Source: Eledone cirrhosa (lineage: Eukaryota). Taken from it: a DNA stretch of 64,000 nucleotides. Positions within the stretch are counted from its first letter, which is position 1. Every line of letters starts with the position of its first letter. The stretch spans positions 31,124,001 through 31,188,000 of the forward strand of contig OZ024747.1 in NCBI GenBank assembly GCA_964016885.1, read 5' to 3'. The translations under genes were made by a program, and so were the position numbers. Positions 14,151 to 27,702 of this stretch are shown here, one piece after another. The notes beneath the pieces were generated by a model. The model was not told the origin of the DNA. It saw only the letters and a program-made list of their open reading frames with translations, and searched no databases.

Positions 14151-14800
14151 ATCATATAACAAAATATTAAGCAATTCATATGATGCTTCCACACCTTTGG
14201 ATCGTGCGGCCTTCAGATAATTGTCAGCTATTTCGTTCACTGCCTTCAATTCTAATTTAGTGGGTACTTTGCTGATTCTGGTGTTGTATGGTCTGTTACT
14301 CGCATTAAGGCTGTGTATCTCTTGAAACATATCCCATATCACTTGTAAAGGGTCCACAAGTTTTTGGTGTTCTGTTTGTACAGTAGAGGCATGGATTTCA
14401 GCTATGTTGTTGGTGTGCTGTTTACTGCTAGATTTAGCTGACCATTCTCTCTGTCAATGGAAATGGAATGATTGTCTTCAATTGTGTCACTCAGTTCCGT
14501 TAGATGTATCAATTTACATCTAATGGTATATTTTGCCTGTTCATTTAAATGGCTTGGGGAAAAGACTAATTCTGGGTGTTTGGAGTTCCACAAAGTTTTT
14601 AGCCTCTACATAAAACCAAACTTTTGGGGGTCAGATTGTTTGTATGCTTCATATAAATCTTTGTTGAGATGGTAGCTCCATTGAATACAATGGTTGTAGT
14701 TGCGATTTGGTTGAAGGATAATTATACGTTTTGCTATTCACTAATATTTAGCATTTATTTTTCAAAATACACAATGATCTTCTTTAAAAGTTTCAACAGA
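14150..14800 (-). mobile_element. Possible R4/Dong-like non-LTR element N-terminal fragment
   Basis: GFM*RLKTLWNSKHPEL..HLNEQA..I and ELLNILLY resemble R4-clade N-termini (recognised from memory, not searched). Confidence 0.4.
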
Positions 14801-15436
14801 GTTTTGCCAGAATTAAATTTAAAGTTGTTCACAGCTTGGGTAATATTTCCTTTCAGCTAGTTTTTAATTCTACAACTGTATTTTAAACGTTCATATTTAG
14901 CATTTTCTTTTTTTTTCTTTTGGTGAATCGTTTTGTAATGTTACTTAGTATATTTCTTTATGAATGTAATATAACAACGCTGTATTTATATGTTAAAATC
15001 TATGAATCATTCATATAAATAGATGTGTTGCAATATATTTACAGTTCAAACACTTATGTAGAAATATTGTATGTAATCTTACCGCAATATGTACCTCAAC
15101 TTTTCCAATATATGGTATGTTGTCTCCATATAAGCTGTAATTACATACGTCCAATCATTGGACTGACCACAAGGGTCGTCATTAGCATTTATGTATGTGT
15201 GTATATATGTATGTATATACAAGCTAAATGGAAACGAGTTAATACACCACCGGCAGATATATTCCTCCAAACATCCTCCAACAAGCAGTCAGTGCCTCAT
15301 GTATCATTAAAGACATAGAAAAGTTAAATATACTAACCTGCAGACCAGCCTGAAGTAGTATTAGTATACAAAACCTTATCAACAATTAACTCACGCACAG
15401 TGTTTGCAATTCCAAGTTGTGATAGCCACAAAATAT

Positions 15437-16923
15437 ATCATCATCATCATTTTACGTCCGCTTTTCCCTGCTTGCAAGGGTGGGACGAGTCCTATTCAGT
15501 ACAGCATCTCACTTATCACGGTCCTTTGTCATCTCTACTGTCAGCTTCAGCAATCTGGGGTCTGCTTTCACCACATCCACCCATGTTTGTCGTGGTCTAA
15601 CTCTACCACGACTTCCTTCAACTGGCATTTCCTGGCACTTCTTCACCCAGCAGTCATTCTCCATGTGCATCACATGTCCATACCACCTCAGTCTCCTCTC
15701 TTGCACACTACATTCTATCCCTCTCAGACACAGTTTCTCTCTCAACACATCCATGCTCGGTCGTTTATGCACATTGACACTGCACATCCAAAGGAGCATG
15801 CTTGCCTCATTTCTCTTCAGTTGTCACATATCCTCTGCAGTTGCTGCCCATGTCTCACTACCATGCAGCATCATGCTCCTCACACAGGCATCATATAAGT
15901 GGCCTTTCATACATAGGAAGAAACCCTTCTTCGTCAGCAGAGGAAGCAGCTCCCTAAACTTCTTCTAACCCATCCTTATTCTAGATAGTATGGCCTTGGT
16001 ACCCCCCGCCTCCCATGCTAATCTGATCTCCTATGTACCGGAAGCTATCAACCACTTCTATAGCACTCACCTGCATTGGAAAAATGTGTCTATCAATGCG
16101 ACTTCTACTGTCTAATTTCCCTGTACATCTACTGCATATGTATTTCTCCCTACCCGTTAGTTTGCCTGCTATCCCACTACATCTCTTGTGTACCCAAAAT
16201 CTGCATTGTGTGCATTTTATAGAATTTATGCCAGTTCCTTTTCTGCATATCGAACATGGCCATTTCCCTGACGGAATCAGAGTTTTGTCCTCTTTTCTAC
16301 TCATCAACACTTTTGTCTTAGCTAGGTTCACTCTTAGCCCTCTAGCTTCCAACTGTTGTTTCCATAGCCAGAATTTATTCTCTAGCTCCTCTACTGATTC
16401 TGCTATAAGAACCAGATCGTCAGCATAGAGAAGTTCCCATGGACAGCCAGTCTTAAACTCCTCTGTTATGGTTGGATGCCCTTTCTAACACCAGTGCCAC
16501 TTTACAGCATTGACTGGATGCTTTTATTCATACCACTAACACTAGAGAGGATGTCTTACTGGACTCATGGGCCCTCTCTACCCCTCCTTTTTACAGCATG
16601 GTCATATCAATAATAACACTATTAATAATTATTAATTAATTCCATTATGCAATGCCTGTGCACAAAGAATATTTTTAAAGTGAGGAAAGACTGTGCACTG
16701 AGCCAAACCCACTCTCTGAGCGACAGTAGCTATAACCCGAAAAGAAGAAAAGATCAACATCATCGGTAACTACTGAGCCGCAGGTTTTATGTCGGAATTA
16801 ACCCAGTTTCCTGAGATGCCTTCTCCTAGAAGAATGCTTTGACAGGGGCTAGGGGTCCTTTACTCCCAGTAGTTGAACTGCGCAATCAGGTGTCCAGCTC
16901 GATTATTTCTATGTCCCCGCGCA
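15437..16923 (-). mobile_element. RTE LINE family B, internally deleted (5' UTR joined to the RT 3' half)
   Basis: 16470-16923 is the reverse complement of ~52381-52833; 15437-16470 encodes GCPWELLYADD, PHD finger and GRPR..W; (GAT)n tail. Confidence 0.9.
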
Positions 16924-17269
16924 AAAAAAACCAAAAAAACAGGTAATAATTGTAATAGTCAATTGCTATAAATATTACTTGAGAAGATTTGGTAAATTTG
17001 AGATGGAAAAAGTGAACAGAGGCATCTGCAAGGAATTGAAGCTTGTATCTGTCAAATATCATGTGAGTGTGTTATCTTTACCCCAAGGGACAACTGACAT
17101 TTCATCCCATAATATTTTTAGTATGATATACTATACAGCTTGAAGCTAGAGCATAGTCAGATGTACTGTATACACTTGAATATAAGCCAAGAAATATGTG
17201 ACTAAAAGAAAAACGATGGTAAAATATGTTGAATAGCTAATGTGAGAAAATAACTGCAATAACAGTCAA

Positions 17270-17715
17270 TCATTGACAGTATCGGTAGAGAGTCGGACAC
17301 CATGTTTTGAAGCATAGAGTTACGTCCCTTTATGATCTGAGTTCAAATCCCGCCGAGGTTAACTTTGCCTTTCATCCTTACGGGATCGATAAAATAAAGT
17401 ACCAGTAATGCACTGGGTAATTGCTGGCCTTGTGCCAAAAAGTAGAAACAATTATAAATAATTGTTTCTACTTTTGGCACAAGGCCAGCAATTAACCAGT
17501 GTATTACTGGTACTTTATAATAGCAGTGGATTGGCAGTATCGGTAGAGGGTTGGACGCCATGCTTTGGAGCATAGAGTTATGGCCCTTTATGATCTGAGT
17601 TCAAATCCCACCGAGGTTAACTTTGCCTTTCATTTTTATGGGGTTGATAAAATAAAGTACCAGTAATGCACTGGTTAATTGCTGGCCTTGGGCCAAAAGT
17701 AGAAACAATTATAAA
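17270..17715 (+). mobile_element. Cluster of family 1 SINEs (+, partial -, +)
   Basis: Two full + copies (~17270-17455, ~17522-17715) and an inverted tail (17457-17518). Confidence 0.8.
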
Positions 17716-18492
17716 TAATAGTTGATAAAATTGGTTAAATTGCCCTTAAGGGTGGAAAAACGTGGACAGATGTACCTATAAGGAATCAAACCTTTTATTA
17801 TTGATGATCATCATAATAATCATGAAGCAGAGGAAAATGATACCAAATTATAAAGTAAACGATATAAGCATTAAACCATAAGAAACTTTTTTTTTCGGAC
17901 TAGTGGTTAATTACAACCTTTGAAGTAATATATTTTCAGATAAGAATTATACTTCAAGAGACGAAATTAAGAATATTTTTGATTTATGATTAACTAATAC
18001 TTGAGTGAGGATAAAAACTGGAAATGAAATATGATAAAATGCTTTTATATTCTAATTATAATTTTAGGGGATAAATTTATTATGGCAATACTTGAATTCC
18101 TTTAAAACAAGGTCATTTCTTATTTGAACTCTCTAGAAAAGGAGGGAAAATATACATGTATTATTACTAACACTGTTCATTTGTTGTTCATGCATTTAGA
18201 GCTTGATACTTCATGTTAAGTCTGTTGGTTCTGTTAGAAGGTTAACATCATACAACCATTAGTTAAAGACATTCAGACAGAATGATGGTAAGTGCAGCTT
18301 TTTGAATTGAAAGTTCTAGGCATTTTTAAATGTTAAGATGCTGGAATCATTATAAAACTAATGGTTTTTACAGAATTAATTACTTTTTACATAGATAATT
18401 ACTTTTCTCTAATTGAGTCATGGTAATATAACAGGCACAGCAACATAATACAATATCTTTGATGAGGTATTCATACATAAAGATATATGCAT

Positions 18493-18523
<31 letters not shown>

Positions 18524-18568
18524 CATAGGTAAACATTGATGTAATTCAATTGTAACCTTATTATGTAA

Positions 18569-18651
18569 AAAGCTGTCTGATGAGATCATGGCACTGGATA
18601 CTACACAGAATCGCGTGGCCACTGTCATCATCGAAATATGTATCAAGCTTT
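18569..18651 (+). ncRNA. Type I hammerhead ribozyme motif with extended stem II (degenerate)
   Basis: AAAGCTGT-CTGATGA-[GAT C ATGGCA C TGG..CCA C TGTCAT C ATC]-GAAAT-AT-GTA-TCAAGCTTT; AATAAA follows; insert lies between (TA)n tracts. Confidence 0.6.
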
Positions 18652-18818
18652 ATCAATAAAGGGCTTTAACATCTAAATTACTTTGTATTTCCTTATTCCA
18701 TATATATATATATATATATGTTAAGTATTTCTGTAGAGAAGGTAAAGGAAAGAAGAGTGCTCTATGTATAGTACAGGGATATTTAATTACATAATAAACA
18801 CAATATAATTATATTGTG

Positions 18819-19315
<497 letters not shown>

Positions 19316-19333
19316 GATATATATATATATATA

Positions 19334-20297
19334 CTAGCTGACCCGTCCGGCTGGCGCCCGGCTACCAGATATATATATATATATATATCTGACGTACCTA
19401 GCTTCACTTGGATAAACAGACGATAAGCAGACTGTGTAGTATGTTGGTTGTGAATGTGCTATAAATATTGAAAATAATCAAAATTATAATACACATTTCT
19501 GACAGTACTATAAACTGTATACTTTTTTTAGCTGTTAAAAATATGTACACAAATATATAATTATATATATATGTATATAATTAATTAAAAGTTGGTTAGA
19601 CGTGAAGTCAATGCAGACAGGCAGCCAGACAGAGAGATATTATAAGGGCACAACGTTATAGCTATGTATCTATCTAAAAAGACAGAGTAAGAAAGAGAGA
19701 GGAATGTTGTATTATATATATTATATATAATAAAGTACCAGTAATGTACTGGGATAATTGCTGGCCTTGTGCCAAAAGTAGAAACAATTATACTTTTTTA
19801 TACAGCTGTAAATAACATGTTTATGTATGTATATATATATGTATATATACGTATAAAAGAATGCTGTAATAAAATGTACAAATTAAACTCTCTTATTTAT
19901 GATACTAACACTATATATATATATATATATACACACTATATACGAGAGTCAATGTACAGAATGGTTTTCGTAATGCAGACAGCCAGACATTCAGACAGAT
20001 ATTATAAGGGCGCGGCATTATAGCTATGTATCTATCTAAAAAGACAGATTAAGAAAGAGAGAGAACGCTAACCGGAAGTGTTGACATTTGAAAATTTTAA
20101 AGAAGTAAATATTTAAATAAACAATAAAATATCTTTAATCTTTTAACTAAATTTAGTAGACAAAAATACCCTCACTTTCTTACTTGGAAAAAGTTACATC
20201 TATGGTGCAAATTTGGTGCTGTCTGGTCCAGCCGTTTGGCGAAAAGTTTGTTACATACATATGGCCATCAGCTTAATATATATATATATATATATAT
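19334..20297 (-). mobile_element. Non-autonomous Helitron-like element, interrupted
   Basis: On -, a GC hairpin (CCGGGCGCCAGCCGGACGGG) then CTAG|T at 19334; far end has TGCAAATTTGG..GGTCCAGCCGTTTGG..ACATACATA..TATATATA. Confidence 0.5.
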
Positions 20298-21359
20298 GCC
20301 GAGAGAGAGAGAGAGATGCTGTACTGAAAAGGACAGTCCAACTCATGCAGGCATTGACAAATGGATGTAAAAATGATGATGATGTTGATATATAATTTGA
20401 AAAAAATCCATGTGGAGAATTCAAATTCTCCTATAGACACAGTTTAAAGGAGAGTGTGATCTTCGAGGTGAAAGATACTCTTGATACTCAACATGAAGAT
20501 AGAGTTTTTAAAAGATAATTGTGATTTAGCAGAAAACAAATCTTACACAAACATTCTTCCATTTGTATTTATATTGTTAAACTGTAGTAGGGAATATATC
20601 TGAAGTGCATTATGTTGGTTGTGAATGTGCTATAAATATTGAAAATAATCAAAATTATAATACACATTTCTGACAGTACTATAAACTGTATACTTTTTTT
20701 AGCTGTTAGTGTGGAACCAATTCAGTAGAATTGGTTAGATGTTCTCACAGAATTTAACAGTTTGTTAGATGTTTAGCAATCTATAGAGGTTCCAATATGA
20801 AACATTTATTTACTTTGACAATCCGCAAATAATATATGGCAGTTGGAATTAGCAATGATATCATAACCATTCATTTCAAATCAGCTGAAAAAAGTACACA
20901 ATGTTCATGTCAGCCTATAGTATATAAGCGTAGTATTCCACCCAATTATAGAACAATTTCCATCACCATAAACATATCAGAAAATACAACAATTTCACTG
21001 CATGGTCCATTGTAATATGTTAAGATGGAGTCCCTTTTGATCCAACCACATAAATTCAGGCATTTCTGAGACCTCTGATAAATATTACATCCTTCCACAA
21101 CAACAACGAACTCTCAACCATATAGACTCCTACATTAATGACATTGTCCTGAAACTGATAATGTGTTTTCTTATCTACAGAATCATAACAACATTTATAT
21201 ATATCCTAGCTTTGTATATTTACATAAACAAGTATATCAGACCATGCTGCATGCTGACTTATACAAACATTTCAAAGAGACTAAAGCTAGTGAATTTCAT
21301 TCACTAATGCATAAATTTTGCTTTAGTTTCACAATCTTTTGCTTTAGTTTCACAATTGC

Positions 21360-21632
21360 CTCACTCCACTCACACACACACCCATAGAAACACACGCAAG
21401 CACACACACAAATATGATTCTCCTATTACCATTGGTAAGCCTTTTATTAGAGATATTATGTCACATACACATACTCTTAGAAACACACATATGCACATAC
21501 TCAAACTTGATGCTCCTATTACGATTGGTAAGATTTTGATTAGAAATATATTACCTCACTCACACATACTCATAGAAACACACACACAAGCAGCTATGCA
21601 AATGTGATTCTCCTATTACCATTTGATTAGAG
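21360..21632. repeat. ~95-bp minisatellite, 3 copies
   Basis: TGAT(T/G)CTCCTATTAC(C/G)ATT recurs near 21415, 21509 and 21605 with CA-rich spacers. Confidence 0.8.
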
Positions 21633-22714
21633 CTATATTTGGATTGCTAATTGTAACTCAATTGACCATGTAAACTTGACATGGTTTTTTGATTCTGTAT
21701 CTTTTTGTATCATATTTCAATGAAAAACAATGCTTATAATTTTCAAATAATTAACAAATTAGTAATATAACTAACTTAAATTTTTTTTCTATGTACAAAC
21801 TTTTTATCTATTTTGTGTATGTGCTTAAATGTGTAATGCCTGAATGAGTATCCACCACCTCCACCTCTTGGTCATGGTCAACAGGATGAAGACTCGCTGG
21901 ACCAGCTACTCCACTCAAGAGCTCACACCTGTAGGCAGCCAACTCTCTTCTAATAGTATTTAAAAGCAGTGGATTAGAAGTATCAATTGAGCATTGGACA
22001 AAATAATTTACTGTGTTTAGTTATGACTTTCTACATTTTGAGTTCAAATTAGGTCAACTCTGCCTTTATTATAGGTTGATTAAATAAAATACCAGTTAAG
22101 AATTTTATTTGATGTAATCAACCTTCCCTTTCCTTACAAATTGTTGGACTTGTGGCTATATTAGAAACAATTATTAAACTGGTGTTTGGGAATATAGCTT
22201 AATAGAGGTTCTTTCAGAAAATTATAACATAAAGTTTTGTATTTTAGAACCACACACAGTTCCTGATGGTATGGAATCAAAGGAGTAATAGCAGGTGAAA
22301 AGCCCTTGTGAAGATTTATGGTGAAAATTGTTCTAGTTGTGGTTATACCTGCATATTTTTCCTTCAAATTCTATCTAGCATTAGATTATATAATTTATTG
22401 TAACTTGCCTTATTTTTTCAAGTAAAAAATAATATGATTTTATTTCTACAGGTGTGTTGAGGGAAATATGACAAGAAAACAATTTTTTTAAATACATAAG
22501 ATATTACATATGACAAAACGTACAGCGATCTGCTCTGAAATATATTATATAAAAATATTATATCATATATAAATATATATGTGTGTATACACAAATATTC
22601 AGAGAATGAATACATACACATACAATTATACATATATATATACACAATTCTGGCGTCAAACAAATATACATCTCTGTCTACACAATTTTATCATCGAATG
22701 AATAGTATATACAC

Positions 22715-22751
<37 letters not shown>

Positions 22752-22802
22752 CATGTGTATATATATACATATATGTTTATATATATGTTTGTGTGTATAT
22801 AT

Positions 22803-23151
22803 ATCATCATCATCATCATCATCATCATTTTATGTTCGCTTTCCCCTGCTTGTAAGGGTGGGACGGGAACTGATTCTGGCTTGATTTCTACAGCCGGATG
22901 CCCTTCCTAACACCAACCTCATTTACAGTGAGTGGTGGGTGCTTTTTTGCCATGGCACCTCCACAACCACTTTGCAGTTTAATGATATGGACCTCAGTCC
23001 CTATCATCTCATTTCTACAGCTGAGTAAACTGGAGCAATGTGAAATAAAGTGTCTTGCTCAAGGAAACAACACATCACCCGGTCTGAGAATTGAATTCAC
23101 AACCTTTCAATTGCAAGGCCAATGCTCTAACCACTAAGCCATGTGCCTCCA
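22803..23151 (-). mobile_element. Family 2 SINE with RTE-derived tail
   Basis: Reverse complement of 19026-19315 plus a (GAT)n tail. Confidence 0.8.
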
Positions 23152-23279
<128 letters not shown>

Positions 23280-23340
23280 TATATGACTCAATATATTATG
23301 CTATAAGCGTTCTTTGTTATTTATTTATTATATATATATA

Positions 23341-23867
23341 TGACGGTATTTTAACGATAGTTATAGCTCTGATTTATCTAAATTATTGACCCCTCTGCCG
23401 CTCATATCGAATTTTGTTTATCGTGAACTCGTGCGCCGATTTTTCGATACTCGATTATTCTACTATATTTAGCTCTAGACCTAGCTATTGACCAGTTAAT
23501 TTTATTGTTCATTTTTTGTCGATTCTATTAAATGATGAATAGCTCCTGTTTATTTTAACATGTCTATTGAGCACTCTTATTCGATATGTGTATTTCCACA
23601 TTTTCCCGAATATTTTTCGCGGATATAGAGGTTATGCTTTTTACATTCATTTGATTTATTGATTTATTGATTTTTTATCTGAGTGTCCCGAATCTTCCAG
23701 ATCGCAATTTTTCGGTTGTATGGTTGATTATAGACTTGTTCTATGTGTGACGGTATTTTAACGATAGTTATAGCTCTGATTTATCTAAATTATTGAGCCC
23801 TCAGCCGCTCATATCGAATTTTGTTTATCGTGAACTCGTGCGCCGATTTTTCGATACTCAATTATTC

Positions 23868-23875
<8 letters not shown>
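23341..23875. repeat. TA-embedded insert with 128-bp terminal direct repeat (period 407)
   Basis: TGACGGTATTTTAACGATAG..ATTATTCTACTATAT at 23341 and 23748. Confidence 0.9.
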
Positions 23876-23944
<69 letters not shown>

Positions 23945-24733
23945 TTAAATGATAATGATGATATATATGTATATATATATATACGTATATATACACCTTT
24001 ATTTTGTTCTGGAGAACAAACACATCCGGATACATAGTAAAATAGACAATGCTTCAAAGTGTAGCTTATGCTATATTCTTTATTTCTTTGGTGCATTACT
24101 AGTTTTACAAAATTCAGCTATCTGGGTGAAAACTCTGGCCAACAACTGTCTATTCTATATTCTTTTATCTTTTATTGGTTTCTGTCATATGACTACAGCC
24201 ATTTTGGGGCAACATTTTCAAGAGCTTAAGTTGAACATGTTACTTATATTATCGATCTATATTTATTGAACTGCTAGGTTATGTGATATAAAGAAAGAAA
24301 ATAATGTAAACATATATGTATGCATCATGATTTAATATATAATTTACATGCTTGCATGAGTTACAAAATTTTGACACATGTCTAACTCATATGTTCCATT
24401 TTTGGTAGGATTTCTATGGCTAGATGCCCTTTCTAATGCCAACTACTCTACTGGATGTGCTGGGAGAATTTCAACATGGCACCAGCACTATCACCTTACT
24501 AGCTACTTTTTCTCATAGTACCAGCACTACCATATTATGTGTGTGTGTGTGTATGTGTGTTTCTATGTATGTGTAAACATATATATATACACACACACAT
24601 TCATATATGTACATACATACACATATACACACTCACACATACATTTTAAAACTGATTATTTTAGCAGGAAATAGTACTGAATTCTTTAATTTAAATTTAT
24701 TTATATGTTAACTATGATATTTTAACTAAATAA

Positions 24734-25282
24734 CTTCTTCGGCTGAGTTTACACTTGCAAAGATTCAGCATGCTTTCTCCAATCGTCCCGGTTGAGCATG
24801 ACATTTCTCACTTCATCGATGTTATCAATGTTGGTATCTCTCAGCAGGGTATCAATGAATGAGTCGGCCTGTCTTCCCACTACTTCATCTGACCGCCAGT
24901 TTCCAGAGCACAAGTTGTGATGCTGTCTCTTCTAGATGATGGTTGCAGTGCCCATCCAGTTTCATTCGTCAGCTCATGCAAGGACATTGAAATTAGAAAA
25001 GTACTACCATGGTTGGCATGCCACAAGCTAGTGAAGGTGTGGAAGTCCAACCTCAACCGCAAAATCAAGGAGCGCTTCTTCCTGGCAACTGTTAAATCCA
25101 TTCTGCTTTACGGCAGTGAAACGTGGACTATTGACAAAGTGCTATGCAAGAGACTTGACAGATGTTACAGGAGGATGCTGAGAATGGCTCTCAACATTTC
25201 TTGGAAACAGAAGCTGACAAATAAAGAACTATACAGATCACTACCACCAGTCTCAAAAACAGTTGCCTGCTGACGAATGAAA
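24734..25282 (-). mobile_element. RTE LINE fragment with 5' inversion
   Basis: + piece 24974-25282 (KDIEIRK..LLYGSETW..LRMALNISW) and - piece 24734-24973 share GCTGACGAATGAAA at the inversion point. Confidence 0.8.
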
Positions 25283-25914
25283 AAAAAACAAAAAAAACAA
25301 ACCAAATTAAAATGTTGTAACCCTTCAAAAGAAGTTTTAGAATAAAAATTTAACTAGCTGAAAATATGAAATCTGCAATTAATGTATAGTTACAAAAGAC
25401 AGTGCAAATAATTTTGAAAGGAAATGAAATTTCTTTTAAGATGAACTCACAGAACTCTGTGTATGGTTACTGAAGTTGGTACAGCATGTCCAAAATGGTT
25501 AAGAAGTTTGCTTTGCATTGGATCCTAGGTTTGATCCTAGCTTTGCATCCTGGGCAAGTGTCATTTACCTTGTTGGGGATGGGGGTTGACTGATGAATGG
25601 TGAGTGAAATTGGGTGGACAGAAACTGTTCGGAATCCCTTTAAATGAACTGTACTTGGAACTCAAAGGACCAGCCTAGTTACAGTGTGTCATGCTGAATC
25701 TTCCTTGGTACATTAAGATACAAGTATCTGTTGAATGATTAGCCACCTACAGGTTAATCTTATGTGCAGGCTGTTCCATTGATCGAACAACTGGGTGGAA
25801 CATTCATTATAGAAATCAACAGAGGTACATTATTAGCTACAGAAATAATAGTGGATGATATATGAAGATGTTGGTTAGTAATTTAAATATAATGGATCTT
25901 ATTAAAGTTATTTT

Positions 25915-26272
25915 GAGAGAGAATGAAAGGGATTACACAAAGAAAAGGAGAGAGATTGTAACTAAAACAGAGAAAGAAAGAGAGCAAGAGCATGAGAGAG
26001 ATTATGTAGAGAGAGAGGAATAGGGAGCGGGAGAAAGAGTAAACAGAGAGAAGCCGAGAAATTGTAAGTGAAAGAGAATGAGAGAAAGCAGGGAGAGAGT
26101 ACACAGAGTAAAGGAAAGAGATTGTAAATGAAAGAGAGAAAGAAAAAGAGTGAATGCAAGAGTGAGAAGGGGAGTGGGGGAAAGAGAGTGTGAGAGAGAT
26201 GGGGAGGAAAGAGAGAGAAAGTGAGAAAGAGAAAGAGTGAGAGAGAGAGAAAGAGATGAGAAAGAGAGAGAG
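25915..26272. repeat. GA-rich low-complexity tract
   Basis: Degenerate (GA)n. Confidence 0.9.
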
Positions 26273-26960
26273 AATATAATTGATTATGAGAGCAAATGAA
26301 GAACAACATGAAGGAATATATGTAAAAAGAAAACATATGAATGTACATATGAATATTAGACAAAGGACATCATTAACATAAATTTTGAAGTAAAAAAATA
26401 AAATAAATAAAGAATAATGGAGATATTGATACCAGATGATTGGCACATTGTTAAGTATCTTTTACTGATCACATTCTATATTTTGAATATATTAGGGTTT
26501 TTTTAGGATTTTTTATGATATTTGTTGTTTTCATGACAGCACTAATGAGTTACCATTGATATTTTTTTTTTTTTTTTTCACTGGAAAGACTTTGCATTTT
26601 GTTACAGAGAACGTTTCAACATGCAGCATGTCTATTAAATATTCAATTTGGATTGATGGATTTTCAAGTAGGGTTGACGAATATCCATTAATGATATGAG
26701 GCATAAAATAAAATATGGAATCTAGTTGGTTGTAAAAAAAAAACCAACGAAAAAACACAAAATTTTAGTCAGAAATAAGTGTACTACACAGTAAAATCGA
26801 ATGGAATTAGGATATAATTCATTCTCTAAATTACCTTGTGTAAATATAAACATATTAATTTTTATTTTGAAATGACTTTCTTTTACAAATATTAGAAAAA
26901 ACATGAACTATGATCATGAACATTTGTTAGAGATTTATTTCAAGATCAAATATATTGTAG

Positions 26961-27017
<57 letters not shown>

Positions 27018-27022
<5 letters not shown>

Positions 27023-27134
27023 TAGTATATCTACCAACATATATATACAGATGCATACCTATGTTAGCAAATATATAGGTTTTGCTAACATAGGTATGCA
27101 TCTGTATATATATGTTGGTAGATATACTAATTCT
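27018..27134. repeat. Perfect inverted repeat (54-bp arms, 9-nt spacer) at the start of a TA-embedded insert
   Basis: AGAATTAGTATATCTACC..GCAAA / TTTGC..GGTAGATATACTAATTCT. Confidence 0.95.
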
Positions 27135-27408
27135 TTATAATTAACTCCAAATTATTTTGTTGAGCAAAAATTTGCCAAAACTGCTACTATAGTAATGGCT
27201 TGGCTACTGTCTTTTTAACACCCCACTCCTCACTGATTAACCTCGATGTCACGTGATTGATTCTTTTGAATTTGCCACCGACCAAGTAGGCAGTGATTTT
27301 TTTCAATGTCTTGGAATTTAGTCCACGCTTGCTTTTCTCCATCCACTGAATTATTTTTATATAAGTTCCCTGTGTCCACGTATCGCCAGATAACTTAGCT
27401 GAGAACAG

Positions 27409-27491
27409 ACTTCCTGATGACGAAACGGCTTCTCCATGCTTTCCATTTGGAAACCATGTTTATTCCCTTTCAGAAACTAATTAGTTGGAGT
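27409..27491 (+). ncRNA. Type I hammerhead ribozyme motif with extended stem II
   Basis: ACTTC-CTGATGA-[C GAAA C GG..CATG C TTTCCA TT TGGAAA C CATG..CC C TTTC A]-GAAAC-TAATTA-GTT-GGAGT; palindromic stem III ACTAATTAGT. Confidence 0.7.
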
Positions 27492-27640
27492 GAAATTTTA
27501 GTAAGTAAGTTAATTTTTATAATTTTCTTATTTTACGTCTTTCATATATATATATACAGTTGACAGTTGAGAGAAATGAGTACTGTGAGATGTAGGTGAA
27601 ATACCAGAATAACAAGACTCGCTATTTACCCTTAGTAAAA

Positions 27641-27693
<53 letters not shown>

Positions 27694-27702
27694 ACATTTA
27701 CA

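Noticed and set aside
15349-15376. Hammerhead-like CTGAAGTA-GTAT TAGT ATAC-AAAAC
   Set aside because: Two core deviations and no stem I or III
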